A stretch of DNA of 64,000 nucleotides from Candidatus Omnitrophota bacterium (GTDB taxonomy: Bacteria; Omnitrophota; Gorgyraeia; Gygaellales; JAQTUX01). Below are positions 28,306 through 39,047 of the stretch, one piece after another (the stretch's first letter is position 1; the number at the start of each line of letters is the position of its first letter). Where the stretch lies: assembly GCA_028707125.1 (NCBI GenBank), contig JAQTUX010000002.1:16355-80354 (forward strand). The letters are read 5' to 3'. The translations under genes were made by a program, and so were the position numbers. A model generated the notes under the pieces. It saw only the letters and a list, made by a program, of their open reading frames with translations, did no database searches and was not told the DNA's origin.

Positions 28306-29360
28306 GACAATAACCTTTCCGCTGCCTCATACACATCTTTTACATCTATATCCCTAAGACACTCATTCTCATTTAAACACTCATCTATCCTAAAGTTATT
28401 ATAGCATGGCCTGCATTCAGTTTCCCGCGATATAACTATGTGCCTGCTGGACTTAGGATAAGGGCCATATACCCTTTCGTCAGTAGGGCCGAACAGGGAA
28501 ACGGTCTTTATCCCCAAGGCAACGGCCATATGCAAAATGCCCCCGTCATTGGTAATCAATAATCCACACCTCTTAAGGAGCGCGGACAATGAGCCGAGGG
28601 ATACCTTGCCCGCGGCATTGACCGGCCGGTTCTCCATTAAAGACATAATACCGCTTATCTGCCCCGCGTCGCCCTTGTCTCCCAGAAATATTACGCCGGC
28701 CCCCATATTCTTGATCAAATTATCCGCAAGCCCGGCAAAGTGTTCCTTCGGCCAATATTTAAGGCGGGCCTTCTCCCCCCAGCTTAATCCCCCCGCGGGG
28801 GCGATCCCTATGATCAAGGCGCCGCTTTTTATATTACGCGTTCTTAAAAAATCATCCGCCCGTAATTCATCCTCGGGCGCCGTAAACAACTCCATGTGTT
28901 CGCCTTGCCGGCTGATCCCGGCCTTGTTTAACAAATCAAGGTAATACTCGATGACGTGTTTATCCTTATATCCGGCAAGAGGGAACTTGTCCGTAAGAAA
29001 GCGGCCCCTGTTCTTAAAATCATACCCTATCCTTTTACGTATCCCGGCTAATTTACAAAGCAAGGCATAACGATGGTCCAAAGATAGATCAACCGCGGCA
29101 TCAAACCTTTCCCTCCTGATACCTCTGGCTAAATCCAGCAAGGCGGCCGCCCCCTCAGGCCAGGACAGCTTTTTCAAATCGCCTCTGGACATGGCGAATA
29201 TCCTGTCAACGTGAGGATTACGCCTTAAGATCTCCTCTACCCTGATATTGCACCAATAACCCAGAAAAACATTATCGGCGCTTCTCTTTATCGCCCTGGC
29301 CAGTGGCGTGGTAAACAGCACATCGCCGATACCGAAAGGATTTATTATAAGAAATCTCAT
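28302..29360 (-). CDS. ADP-heptose:LPS heptosyltransferase (GT9).
   Basis: MRFLIINPFGIGDVLFTTPL N-terminus and GT9 C-terminal motifs (NDGGILHMA). Confidence 0.85.
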   Translation of the reverse strand: MRFLIINPFGIGDVLFTTPLARAIKRSADNVFLGYWCNIRVEEILRRNPHVDRIFAMSRGDLKKLSWPEGAAALLDLARGIRRERFDAAVDLSLDHRYALLCKLAGIRKRIGYDFKNRGRFLTDKFPLAGYKDKHVIEYYLDLLNKAGISRQGEHMELFTAPEDELRADDFLRTRNIKSGALIIGIAPAGGLSWGEKARLKYWPKEHFAGLADNLIKNMGAGVIFLGDKGDAGQISGIMSLMENRPVNAAGKVSLGSLSALLKRCGLLITNDGGILHMAVALGIKTVSLFGPTDERVYGPYPKSSRHIVISRETECRPCYNNFRIDECLNENECLRDIDVKDVYEAAERLLS

Positions 29361-30331
29361 TAAGACGATAACAAATTCACGGCAGCATCTATTACGCTTT
29401 GAGGGCTGATGCTGCTAAGCGAACCGGATTCGATCACGGCGTGTTTGACGCCCCATGGCCCCCATCTCCTGGCTGACTTACCCTGGATATCGTTCCTGAA
29501 TACAGCCACCACAGGCGTACCTACCGCGGCAGCCATATGCACCGGCCCGCTGTCGTTAGATATCAGCAATTTGCACGTTTTTAACAGGGCTGCCAGTTGC
29601 CTTAAACTCAATTTGCCTGCCAGATTTACCGGCTGTCCCGGCCCCTGGCAGAATATTTCAGTTGCCTCCGCCTCCTCCTTGCCTCCGATAACCAACACCC
29701 TGCAGCGCAGGATATCCGGCAGGACCCCGGCAAGATAAGCGAAATTCTCCACAGGCCATTGCTTTACGGGGTCTGATGTCCAGGGGTGCAAGGCGATCAA
29801 CATATCCCTGTCGGAAATGCCGGAATCCGCCAACAGCGACTTTATATACTCCTCATCATTCTTGTCCGTATCTATACGCGGCGACTTATCAGACGGCTCT
29901 ATCCCGATGGCGGCCAAAAGGTCAAGATTATATTCTACCTCGTGTTTTTCTCCCAGGTGTTTCCTATCTTTTATCTTATGGGTCAACAAAAAACCCCACT
30001 TCCTGTCATAACCCACCCTTACGGGTATGCCTGCCAGGAAAACCGCTATATTAAATATCTTTCTGGGATTCAGGATGATGGCCGCGTCAAACCTCTCCTT
30101 TCTTATCTGCCCTGATAATCTGAGCCCGCTCAATAATCCGCCCATCGATCTTTCATCGTAAAGCATGATATCGTCTATATCGCGGCTGAGCGCGATGAGC
30201 TCCTTGACAACAGGGCTGACCATGACGCTGATATACGAAGAGGGGTATCTCTGTCTCAGCGCCCTTATCACCGGAAGATTCAAAATGAATTCGCCAAACC
30301 TGTCTGTCCTGATTATCAAGATCCTGTTCAT
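29360..30331 (-). CDS. ADP-heptose:LPS heptosyltransferase (GT9), second copy.
   Basis: ILIIRTDRFGEF ... NDSGPVHMAAAVGTP. Confidence 0.85.
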   Translation of the reverse strand: MNRILIIRTDRFGEFILNLPVIRALRQRYPSSYISVMVSPVVKELIALSRDIDDIMLYDERSMGGLLSGLRLSGQIRKERFDAAIILNPRKIFNIAVFLAGIPVRVGYDRKWGFLLTHKIKDRKHLGEKHEVEYNLDLLAAIGIEPSDKSPRIDTDKNDEEYIKSLLADSGISDRDMLIALHPWTSDPVKQWPVENFAYLAGVLPDILRCRVLVIGGKEEAEATEIFCQGPGQPVNLAGKLSLRQLAALLKTCKLLISNDSGPVHMAAAVGTPVVAVFRNDIQGKSARRWGPWGVKHAVIESGSLSSISPQSVIDAAVNLLSS

Positions 30332-31566
30332 TCACCCTGAGCTTCTTTCAGATTAAGAATGCCTAATAGGACACCGACCTCAAACCAAAACAGCACCGCG
30401 ACCTTAGGGTAATACAGGACCGTTTCCGTAAATCCGTTGATAAGAAAAGCCAGGATCCCGCCCGTAATGCCCAGCGCGGCCATCTTTAAGAAATCATCTT
30501 TCAAATATCTGTATCTGCTCCAGGCATATTTAAACAAAGAGAAGGCCAGCCATAAGAACGCGATCAGCCCGAATATCCCGATCTCCCCCCACATATGAAG
30601 ATAGATATTGTGCGCGTAACCGGCATTGCCGATATATACGCTGCCGTCTCTGATCTTATATTTATCAATGTGCAGGATATAGGTATTGACCCCGACTCCC
30701 AGCAAGGGGTTATGGCGTATCATATTCAGGGCGTTCCTATAGTCGCCTATCCTTTCCGGGTTCAGTAATATATCCCAAACCGAATCCGCCTTGCTGGACC
30801 AATCCCTTATGCCTGCCGGCATGCATATCACCCCAATAATAAAAATACACATTAAAAATATAAATACTGATTTGTTCCTCCTGGCCAGGCCGATCAAAAC
30901 CAGGGCGGCAATAAGCCCTACAGCGGCCCCCCTGGCAAAGGTAAAGGCAAGGCAAAACAAAGATACGATCATAAGCAGGGCATAAGTTAACCTCCGGACT
31001 ATGCCGTTATTCCAGCTATATATGAGCATGGCGGCGGCCAGAGGGATCACCGAAACCAGATAAGCGGCGAAAATATTGGTATGCGGAAACGCCGAATTTA
31101 TCCTGGGCAGGCCCATATCCGCCTGTATCGCGTAAGCCCTCTGTCTGAAGAGATCCCAGCCGAATTGGAGCTGCCATATACCGTTTAAAGACGAAAGCAG
31201 CAGCCCCAGCATAGCCGAAATAACTATTCTTTTGGCGTATTTCCTGCCGGTTATCTCTTCGCAGACCACGGTAAACAACGAACCGAAATAAGCGAGTTTC
31301 CACATACCCTGCAGGCTTGCCCGCGGGCTTACCGTCTTGAATATGGAAACAAACGAAAGGGCCATCAACAGTAAAAATGGCCATTTAACAGGCATGCTCT
31401 TGAAAGAAAAATCCCTTCCCGCTATCCTTTTAACCAAAAAGGCCACGATCATGAATATGGAAACTACCGTGACCGCCGCGGAAGAAAAAGAGATCACAAA
31501 AGGGATGAGCAAAAGGAAAAACCCGGTCAATCTGTCCGCGTGCTTATATACCTTTTCTCTGTTCAT
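30328..31566 (-). CDS. O-antigen ligase / Wzy_C-family membrane protein.
   Basis: About 10-12 TM helices with a large periplasmic loop. It sits in an LPS-type cluster. Confidence 0.7.
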   Translation of the reverse strand: MNREKVYKHADRLTGFFLLLIPFVISFSSAAVTVVSIFMIVAFLVKRIAGRDFSFKSMPVKWPFLLLMALSFVSIFKTVSPRASLQGMWKLAYFGSLFTVVCEEITGRKYAKRIVISAMLGLLLSSLNGIWQLQFGWDLFRQRAYAIQADMGLPRINSAFPHTNIFAAYLVSVIPLAAAMLIYSWNNGIVRRLTYALLMIVSLFCLAFTFARGAAVGLIAALVLIGLARRNKSVFIFLMCIFIIGVICMPAGIRDWSSKADSVWDILLNPERIGDYRNALNMIRHNPLLGVGVNTYILHIDKYKIRDGSVYIGNAGYAHNIYLHMWGEIGIFGLIAFLWLAFSLFKYAWSRYRYLKDDFLKMAALGITGGILAFLINGFTETVLYYPKVAVLFWFEVGVLLGILNLKEAQGE

Positions 31567-33029
31567 TATTTCAGCAGTTTTTCCATAAAACCCTTTATCT
31601 TCGTTTCTAACATAAACCTGAAGAAAAGATGCCTCACCCGGAATTTTGCCAATGGGCGGTAGATCTCAATTAAGAACCTGACGACCCTGGACTTGACCAT
31701 GTCCTTCGCGCGGTGCCTGTCTAAAAACATGGAGGAAAAGAATAAGGAAGAAATGTTTCTTTTCCTTTCCGGCGATTGCCAGAGATCATCTCCATAATCC
31801 GCGGTTTGCCAATCCTCCAGGCTTTTTCTATGGATAAATCCGCCATCAAGGCTTTTCTGATAAAGTATGGTCCCGGGATAAGGCGTATAAGGGCAGATCG
31901 GAGAAATGAGCGCGTTGGGGTTTTCCTCCATCAATTGAAATACCAGGTCCTTGGTTTTACGGATGTCTTCCCATGTTTCTTCGGGAAAGCCGCACATGAA
32001 ATTATATTGAATGACAATGTCAAATCTGCGCCATTCTCTATTGACCTTTATTATATCACTGATCTTCAAATTCTTATTTATCTGTTTCAGCACGCGTTCA
32101 GACCCCGACTCCACTCCAAAGTGCACCTTCTTCAACCCTGACTTCAACAACACATCCATGTAATCATCATCCATTTTCAACGCTGAATTCACTGTTATCC
32201 CCTGCGCCTCCCAGAAAATATCCAACCCCTCATCTATTATGCCCTGTGCTATATTCAAACTGCGCCTTAGATCAACGAAAAAGTTATCGTCAACCACATA
32301 GTAGCTGTTTATATGATAACGGCCGGTCAGGTATTTCAGGTCGCGTATGACCCTTTCCGCGGAAAAAGCCCTCCACGTGCTGTTATTATAAGTGTAATTG
32401 TAACAAAAGGCGCAGCGATTAGGGCAGCCCCGCGATGTCTCTATATAAAATGTCCTGCGGCCCTTAAAACTGGGCAGGTATTTATTCAAGTCCACCAGGG
32501 ACAACGGCAGTTCAGGCAGATCATCCAGATCCGCGAATTTTATTCCGGGATTCTTAACGGCCCGCCCTGCCTCTTTAAACCAGATGCCCTCTATCCCTTT
32601 CAGGCTGGATCTCGCTGCCAATCTTTTAACTAATTCCAGGAACGACGCCTCTCCTTCGCCGATAGCGACAATATCTACGGATTTATTCTCAAGCGTAGAT
32701 TCAGGCAATATGCTGGAGTGTATGCCTCCCCAGACAACCGGGATATCGGACAGCGCCTTAACGTATCTTGAAACCTCAAGGGCATAGCCTATCTGCCTGC
32801 CGGTCATGGAAGTGACCCCCACGCAAAGCGGTTCCTTCTCGATCTCGCGTTTTAAGGTCTTCTTCCATTCCCTATCCACTCTGGTGTCTATTAAAACGAC
32901 GTCAAATTCCCTGGCAACCCTCCTCGCGCAGGATAACAAAGCCAGCGGCAAAGACGGATGGGAGCGAAAATCATCCCAATCCCCTACCTTCGGCTGTACC
33001 AGTATTACTTTAGGCGTCTTATCGTCCAA
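31566..33029 (-). CDS. Cobalamin-binding radical SAM enzyme (class B type).
   Basis: N-terminal B12-binding-like domain and the CxxxCxxC cluster (CPNRCAFC). Confidence 0.75.
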   Translation of the reverse strand: MDDKTPKVILVQPKVGDWDDFRSHPSLPLALLSCARRVAREFDVVLIDTRVDREWKKTLKREIEKEPLCVGVTSMTGRQIGYALEVSRYVKALSDIPVVWGGIHSSILPESTLENKSVDIVAIGEGEASFLELVKRLAARSSLKGIEGIWFKEAGRAVKNPGIKFADLDDLPELPLSLVDLNKYLPSFKGRRTFYIETSRGCPNRCAFCYNYTYNNSTWRAFSAERVIRDLKYLTGRYHINSYYVVDDNFFVDLRRSLNIAQGIIDEGLDIFWEAQGITVNSALKMDDDYMDVLLKSGLKKVHFGVESGSERVLKQINKNLKISDIIKVNREWRRFDIVIQYNFMCGFPEETWEDIRKTKDLVFQLMEENPNALISPICPYTPYPGTILYQKSLDGGFIHRKSLEDWQTADYGDDLWQSPERKRNISSLFFSSMFLDRHRAKDMVKSRVVRFLIEIYRPLAKFRVRHLFFRFMLETKIKGFMEKLLK

Positions 33030-33032
33030 TCT

Positions 33033-35093
33033 TTATATATTTAATCTGTAGACCCTTACGGTATCGTTGGAAAAAACCAATTTAAATTCTTCCGGGTTAT
33101 TTTCAGCCCAGCCATCTTCAAGAGGGAATACCATATCTTTTGTATGTTGAAGCGAATAAATAAACAGAAGATCTGTATTCCTCTTTTTTAGATTGCGCAG
33201 CCAAGCCGCGTAATCGGCCCCGCCGCGATAGTTATCCGGCTCTTCGAAACTTTTATGCATTTGCGTGGCGTCATCTGTCCATCTTGGCCATCGGTAGTTA
33301 GAATTCTTCAGGTCGTGCAAATGTATCGGGTCAACAGAATTAACCGATACGTAATAAACATTGTTCTTAAGGCCTGTCCCATACAAAGGAAACGGCAGGG
33401 GCTTGCCTACATACGCGATATTATCGCCTTTTGTATTCTCATTAAGCCATGCCCAGGATTGAGTAACATCAGGCCCATAGCGCGAATTCTTAATGTAACG
33501 TCCATATTCATTTTCTCTATAATCTGAGAACAGCCATCCAAGGCAGAAAATAAAGATCAATACGATCGTAACCGGCCTGGCCTTAGAGAATAAAATGTTC
33601 TTTAATCGTTCGGATCTTAAATAGAACACGCAGCCGATAAGTAATAATAAACCCGCCGCGAAAGAAACGATCAGCTCTAAGTGGCGCGCGCACTCAGCCA
33701 ACGAAGCGATTACGATTATTATAGAGGCCGTCCTGATGAATCTATCGGGGACCCGCAGGGAATCCAGAATATAGAAGCCAACGATCATGCCCATGCCTAA
33801 CGCCGGATATAGATAACGGGAGTTTGGGATCGGCAGAATAAACCGGTAGATCAGATAAAGCAATAAAGGCAATAACATAAAACAGCCCAAAACAGAATCC
33901 CTGTTCCTGTTTTTATATAAATAGAGCGGAAATGCCATGATCCCGGCAGGCAGGATGATGAGCAGCGATTGTATGCCTAATCCCTCATGGAATAGCAGCT
34001 TGGCCAAAAAGTATCCTGCCTGCTCATTGCGGGATATAAAAGTCGCTTTATCTATTACGCCCTTAAAAAGGGTCGTTCCCAGCATCTTGACTTCCAATGG
34101 ATAAAAAGGGTTAGCGGTTAAAATGAAGTTTCTAAGATAGCCGAAGCACCCAAAAATGAATATCAACAGAAAAAACAAAGCCATATACAGGAGCCTGCTT
34201 CTTAATCCGATCAGCCTCTGCGTAAAAAGCAGGTATATAAATACCATAAAGACCAGAAGGCCGTAAGGCAGGGCCGTTGTCTTGACGCCTATGAATATTC
34301 CAAAAGAAACGGCAAGGATAATAACGTTTTTAATGTTGAATCTTTCTCTCAGGGCTAAAATAAAATTTATTGATACCAGGAATAACGCCGCCAGCATCAG
34401 ATCTACATAACCGATCTGTAGTTGTTTAAAAAAGTTCGGAATGATTACGAAAAGCGAAGAGGCAAAAAAAGAATGCTCATTATTCAATCTTAACTTTTTG
34501 CCGATGGAGAAAACGGCGAAAAAGGCAATGATAAAAAATGGCAGCTGGCCCAAGTCCGCCAAATACGCGCTTTTAAAAGGCAGGATAAGCCAAAGAAATA
34601 ACAAAGAGCCGTTTATCGGGTAATAAGCCGGAAAAGGATCGTCGCTTACTACAATTGGATTATCAAGATTCCCGTTCTTCAGCCATTCAACGGCAAAGGT
34701 AAAATGATAATTCAAACTGTCCCAGCCAAACGGGGGGTTTATCAAGTTTATGAATATCTTCACGATCGCGAAACCGGCAATAAACGCTAATACAAATACA
34801 GCCGGCTTGCTTAAAGCGATGCCGGGCTTATGACTGATCTTTGCCGGGCAGGACTGCCTTATGAATACCAGGCCCGTCAATAAAATCAGGGAATGCAGGA
34901 TGAGGGCGTTGAATAAAGAAAGTATCCGCAATATCCCCAGTAATTCCAGCGAGATAATGACCTGGGCTAAATACAGAATAAAGAAAACGATAAGGCCGCT
35001 TTCTCCGTCCTCCGCCGCGAAAAATCTACGGATAATCAACCTTACATTCAGAAAGACCAGATAATTAGCGATCAGAAATATAACGTAATCCAT
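33033..35093 (-). CDS. Large polytopic membrane glycosyltransferase, PMT/ArnT-like (GT39/GT83-type).
   Basis: 686 aa, with about 13 TM helices followed by a roughly 170-aa C-terminal soluble domain. Located in a glycan cluster. Confidence 0.55.
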   Translation of the reverse strand: MDYVIFLIANYLVFLNVRLIIRRFFAAEDGESGLIVFFILYLAQVIISLELLGILRILSLFNALILHSLILLTGLVFIRQSCPAKISHKPGIALSKPAVFVLAFIAGFAIVKIFINLINPPFGWDSLNYHFTFAVEWLKNGNLDNPIVVSDDPFPAYYPINGSLLFLWLILPFKSAYLADLGQLPFFIIAFFAVFSIGKKLRLNNEHSFFASSLFVIIPNFFKQLQIGYVDLMLAALFLVSINFILALRERFNIKNVIILAVSFGIFIGVKTTALPYGLLVFMVFIYLLFTQRLIGLRSRLLYMALFFLLIFIFGCFGYLRNFILTANPFYPLEVKMLGTTLFKGVIDKATFISRNEQAGYFLAKLLFHEGLGIQSLLIILPAGIMAFPLYLYKNRNRDSVLGCFMLLPLLLYLIYRFILPIPNSRYLYPALGMGMIVGFYILDSLRVPDRFIRTASIIIVIASLAECARHLELIVSFAAGLLLLIGCVFYLRSERLKNILFSKARPVTIVLIFIFCLGWLFSDYRENEYGRYIKNSRYGPDVTQSWAWLNENTKGDNIAYVGKPLPFPLYGTGLKNNVYYVSVNSVDPIHLHDLKNSNYRWPRWTDDATQMHKSFEEPDNYRGGADYAAWLRNLKKRNTDLLFIYSLQHTKDMVFPLEDGWAENNPEEFKLVFSNDTVRVYRLNI

Positions 35094-35108
35094 AATAACG
35101 CGGCCCGC

Positions 35109-35870
35109 CTATTTTATATGCGATACCCTTGCCGAGTAAAACATCCTGCCGGAAGCGATCTTTATGAAAACCGGGGTCCTGTTCTTATTATCCAGGATCC
35201 ACATCTTTACCTTCGAGGCATGGCCGGGGTCTTTGTCGCGCCTCCTGATATCGCCTGTCAATCGCCATACCTTTATATCTTTATTGTTTAACCTGTAAAT
35301 TATCTCGTCAACTTCTCCGCGAAAGATGTAGTTACGCTGGTTGCTGTTTATGTTCAGATCAAAATATTTTACGGCATCAAAATCCAGCTGCCTTACATAG
35401 TTAAAGGCCGATAACGGGTCAAAGGTGCCGGGCAGTATCCCTATCCTCTCACCGTCGGCTATCATAATACCCCTGGAATTACTATATAAGATCTCCTTTA
35501 CGCCCTTATCGTTACCGTTGATCTTTATGGACTCTTTATAATATACCGGTAGCAGCGACTCCGGGCTGACATACGAGCTTACCTTGAGCTCCGCCTTAAA
35601 GAACTTTGAGAATATGTCTTTTGACCTGGCGATAAGGGCGATATTATAAACATTCTCTTCCCTGAATGCCGTAATGCCCTTATTCTCCACTATAGCATCC
35701 CCGACAGGCAGGAATCCGAAAAGCTTTACCTCAAAGTTTACGGCCGTAGCGGCTGGAATGCCTTCTTTCATCAATGACCCCACTACCGAACGCGGGTCAT
35801 TCTCCAGCACCGCGAATACACAGATGAATAACGCTATCAGTAAGAGAAAAAATAACGCCTTCTTAACCAT
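35109..35870 (-). CDS. Secreted hypothetical protein (DUF3108-like).
   Basis: Signal peptide, 253 aa, no catalytic motifs recognised. Confidence 0.45.
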   Translation of the reverse strand: MVKKALFFLLLIALFICVFAVLENDPRSVVGSLMKEGIPAATAVNFEVKLFGFLPVGDAIVENKGITAFREENVYNIALIARSKDIFSKFFKAELKVSSYVSPESLLPVYYKESIKINGNDKGVKEILYSNSRGIMIADGERIGILPGTFDPLSAFNYVRQLDFDAVKYFDLNINSNQRNYIFRGEVDEIIYRLNNKDIKVWRLTGDIRRRDKDPGHASKVKMWILDNKNRTPVFIKIASGRMFYSARVSHIK

Positions 35871-35883
35871 ACGCCTCCCCGCG

Positions 35884-36042
35884 TTAAAACAACGTGTAAA
35901 TAAACGGGGCTACGGCTGAGCCGGAAGATAAAAATATCAACAGACCAAGAAGCAGAAGCATTATTATAATGGGGGTCAGCCACCACTTCTTCCTTACCCG
36001 TAAAAAAGCCCAGAATTCTTTCAGGATCGACAATTTACCCAT
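35884..36042 (-). CDS. Small membrane protein of 52 aa (DUF5989-like), third member of the carbamoyltransferase triad.
   Basis: Not in the ORF track because it is under 60 aa. AAGGAGGG RBS 4 nt upstream of the ATG. MGKLSILKEFWAFLRVRKKWWLTPIIIMLLLLG has a single TM. Its position directly after the SxtJ-like gene is conserved. Confidence 0.6.
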   Translation of the reverse strand: MGKLSILKEFWAFLRVRKKWWLTPIIIMLLLLGLLIFLSSGSAVAPFIYTLF

Positions 36043-36053
36043 AATACCCTCCT

Positions 36054-36443
36054 TTAGAACTGCCGCTCATAATCGGTTGACTTCGGATCAACCTTTTTCC
36101 AGTAAGTAGAAGAATTACCCAATTTTTTGTCTAACAGATCCTTGCCCGCGATCTTTAAGATCATACCTATGGGCGTCAAGACCAACAAAAAGATCAAAGA
36201 CAGTATGAGGCGCGAAACAACATACCCCAATACCTCTGCCAGGCGCATCCAGGGGATATAAATAACCCTGAGACATCCCGGTATAAATATGCCGGCCGAT
36301 AAGAACAATAGCGAGGCCGCAAGCAGGGCTTTATTGATCTCCCTGTGTTTTAAGAAAATAACCAGGCCGATGATCAGCAAGCATGCCGCCATCGTTACCG
36401 CGAACTTTCTTAAACCCGCCTTTGATAGATCCAGCTTTTCCAT
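36054..36443 (-). CDS. SxtJ-like small membrane protein.
   Basis: 129 aa with 3 TM helices. It sits between a carbamoyltransferase and a DUF5989-like ORF, as in sxtI-J-K-type arrangements. Confidence 0.6.
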   Translation of the reverse strand: MEKLDLSKAGLRKFAVTMAACLLIIGLVIFLKHREINKALLAASLLFLSAGIFIPGCLRVIYIPWMRLAEVLGYVVSRLILSLIFLLVLTPIGMILKIAGKDLLDKKLGNSSTYWKKVDPKSTDYERQF

Positions 36444-38272
36444 CAGTCCAACTCAAACTCTTTCTGCCAGCGTGAATCATGCTCAACCGGCTTTTGTTCT
36501 TTTTTATGCAACAGAAACCTGCCAATGCTTAAATAATCCATATCAGTGCGCATAAAACAGGTAAAGGCGTCTTTGGGTGTGCAGACGATCGGCTCTCCCC
36601 TCACATTAAAAGATGTATTTATGACCACGGGGCATCCGGTCAGTTTGTAAAATTCATTGATCAGATCATAATATAGCGGATTATGCTCCCTTGTGATCGT
36701 TTGTATCCTGGCGGAATTATCCACATGGGTAACAGCGGGTATAACCGAACGCTTGACCTTAAGCTTGTCAAATCCCCGCGGCCCCCTCCGGGAATCCTCT
36801 ATAGGCAGAAGCTTGTCGCTCTTCACATCCGCCACAAGCAGCATATACGGGCTTTCTCCCTCAAATTCAAAGTAATCCGCCGCCTTCTCCCTGAGGACGG
36901 TCGGGGCGAACGGCCTGAATGACTCGCGGAATTTTATCTTGAGATTCATGCGGAACTGCATCTCCGCGGAACGCGCGTCCCCTATTATGCTCCTTGCCCC
37001 TAACGCGCGCGGCCCGAATTCCATACGGTGCTGAAACCAGCCGATAACACTGCCGCCTGCCAAAAGAGCGGCGACGCCCCTAGCCAGTTCCTCATCGCTG
37101 TTAAACTTATGATATGGCGCGCCTTCCTCTTTAAGAAACTCCTCTATTTCTTCATCTCTAAAACGCGGGCCGAGAAATGAGCCCTTTTGGCTGTCATGCC
37201 GCTCATCGCAAAGCCGCTTATTACCCAGGACCTTATGCCAGATCAACAAGGCAACGCCCAACGCCCCTCCGGCGTCGCCGCTTGCCGGCTGTATCCACAG
37301 ATCTTCTAACCCGGCCTCCCTGAGGATCCTGCCGTTTCCCACGCAATTTAACGCCACGCCGCCCGCGAGGCAAAGCTTGCTTTTACCGGTTACTTTAAGC
37401 GCGTATTTTGCCGCGCGCAGCATTACCTCTTCGGTAACAACCTGGATGGACCTGGCCAGGTCCATATGCGCCTGCGTGATCTTTGTTTCGGGTTTACGCG
37501 CCGGGCCTCCAAAAAGCCGTTCAAACCTCCTGTTTACCATCTTCAGTTGATCACAATAGCCAAAATATTCCATATTTAACTTAAAAGAACCGTCTTCTTT
37601 CAGGTCTATAAGTTCCTTCAAGATCAAATCCGCGTATTTCGGCTCGCCATAAGGCGCCAGCCCCATAAGTTTGTACTCCCCTGAATTGACCTTAAACCCC
37701 GTATAGTATGTAAACGCGGAATAAAGCAGCCCTAAAGAATGCGGAAAATCTATCTCATACTGCAGGTTGACCCGATCTCCTTCGCCGATGCCGATACTGG
37801 CCGTGCCCCACTCTCCTACTCCGTCCATAGTTAATACGGCAGCCGTGCTGAAAGGGGAAGGATAGAAAGCCGACGCAGCGTGGGACTCATGGTGGCCGGC
37901 AAATAAAATCTTGCCGTTGTAGCCTGTTTCTTTCTTGATTATCTCCGGTATCCAGATCTTCTGCTTAAGCCACAAAGGCATTGCCTGATAGAACGTCTTA
38001 ATGCCTCTCGGCGCGTAGGAAAGGGCGGTTTCTAATATTCTTTCAAATTTAATAAGCGGCTTGTCATAAAACCCCGTGTAGTCCAGGCGGCCAGATTCAA
38101 TCCCCGCCTCCTTCAAGCAATAATTTATGGCGCAAATGGGAAAACCGGCATCGTGCTTACGGCGCGTAAATCTCTCCTCCTGCGCGGCGGCAACTATCTC
38201 TCCGTCGCGCAGTATGGCAGCGGCGCTGTCGTGATAGAACGCCGAAATTCCCAGAATATACGTGGGCTTCAT
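36443..38272 (-). CDS. Carbamoyltransferase, NodU/CmcH family.
   Basis: MKPTYILGISAFYHDSAAAI N-terminal Kae1/YgjD-like domain and a C-terminal carbamoyltransferase domain. 609 aa. Confidence 0.85.
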   Translation of the reverse strand: MKPTYILGISAFYHDSAAAILRDGEIVAAAQEERFTRRKHDAGFPICAINYCLKEAGIESGRLDYTGFYDKPLIKFERILETALSYAPRGIKTFYQAMPLWLKQKIWIPEIIKKETGYNGKILFAGHHESHAASAFYPSPFSTAAVLTMDGVGEWGTASIGIGEGDRVNLQYEIDFPHSLGLLYSAFTYYTGFKVNSGEYKLMGLAPYGEPKYADLILKELIDLKEDGSFKLNMEYFGYCDQLKMVNRRFERLFGGPARKPETKITQAHMDLARSIQVVTEEVMLRAAKYALKVTGKSKLCLAGGVALNCVGNGRILREAGLEDLWIQPASGDAGGALGVALLIWHKVLGNKRLCDERHDSQKGSFLGPRFRDEEIEEFLKEEGAPYHKFNSDEELARGVAALLAGGSVIGWFQHRMEFGPRALGARSIIGDARSAEMQFRMNLKIKFRESFRPFAPTVLREKAADYFEFEGESPYMLLVADVKSDKLLPIEDSRRGPRGFDKLKVKRSVIPAVTHVDNSARIQTITREHNPLYYDLINEFYKLTGCPVVINTSFNVRGEPIVCTPKDAFTCFMRTDMDYLSIGRFLLHKKEQKPVEHDSRWQKEFELD

Positions 38273-38278
38273 ATCGGC

Positions 38279-39043
38279 TTAATTAGGCGCTTTGTATTTC
38301 CTGAACATATTATAAAAACCTGACAGCTTTGCCCGGAGCACGATCGGATTGGCGGAGCCATTGGTCATCTTTATCCGCCTTATCGCATAAATATTATCCC
38401 CCCTGCCCCGGTTGGTGGTGCATGCCGCCTTGAACCCCAGATCCCTGGCGATATCAATGGCGTCTTGCGTATAACCACCGGTGGGATAGCATAAGAGCGT
38501 CACCGTATCCCCTGTATTGCGCTCAATCGCCTGTTTGGACTCAGACAACTCCGCGCGTATCTTCTCAACCGTCAGGTCCGGAAGATAGGCGTTATTCGCG
38601 GTATGAACCCCGATTGAAATACCGTTCTTTATCATCTCGCCTATCTGCTCCCAGGAGAGATATCCGGCGCGCCCCACAAAATTGCTTATCACAAAGATAG
38701 TCGCGGGAAAACCGCGTTCCTTGAGAATTGGGAACGCGTTTATGTAGTTATTTTCGTATCCGTCATCAAAGGTAATGACCACTGACTTCGCGGGGATGAC
38801 TTCGCCTTCCAGGGCCGCGTCCGCGTATTCATCTAAGGATATTACTTTGTAGTTATGCTCTGCGATGAATTTCATCTGCTTCAGGAAGTTCTCTGTCGTT
38901 ACGTCAAGGGTGCCCATGTCTTCTTCAGAGCCGATGCTATGGTACATTAAGATCGGGGTTTGCCGCGGAAGGAATATATATATACAACCAGGCAAAACTA
39001 CGCTAAGCAGGAGCGCAGAAAATAGTATTCTTTTCAAACGCAT
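38279..39043 (-). CDS. Polysaccharide deacetylase (NodB homology domain).
   Basis: TFDDGY motif and a conserved His/Asp pattern. N-terminal TM anchor. Confidence 0.85.
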   Translation of the reverse strand: MRLKRILFSALLLSVVLPGCIYIFLPRQTPILMYHSIGSEEDMGTLDVTTENFLKQMKFIAEHNYKVISLDEYADAALEGEVIPAKSVVITFDDGYENNYINAFPILKERGFPATIFVISNFVGRAGYLSWEQIGEMIKNGISIGVHTANNAYLPDLTVEKIRAELSESKQAIERNTGDTVTLLCYPTGGYTQDAIDIARDLGFKAACTTNRGRGDNIYAIRRIKMTNGSANPIVLRAKLSGFYNMFRKYKAPN

Positions 39044-39047
39044 AAAC

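Noticed and set aside
30153-31384. Minus-strand ORFs 30153-30335, 30737-30955 and 31016-31384 inside or overlapping the O-antigen ligase gene.
   Set aside because: They are alternative frames nested within a long polytopic membrane-protein gene, with no RBS and no motifs.
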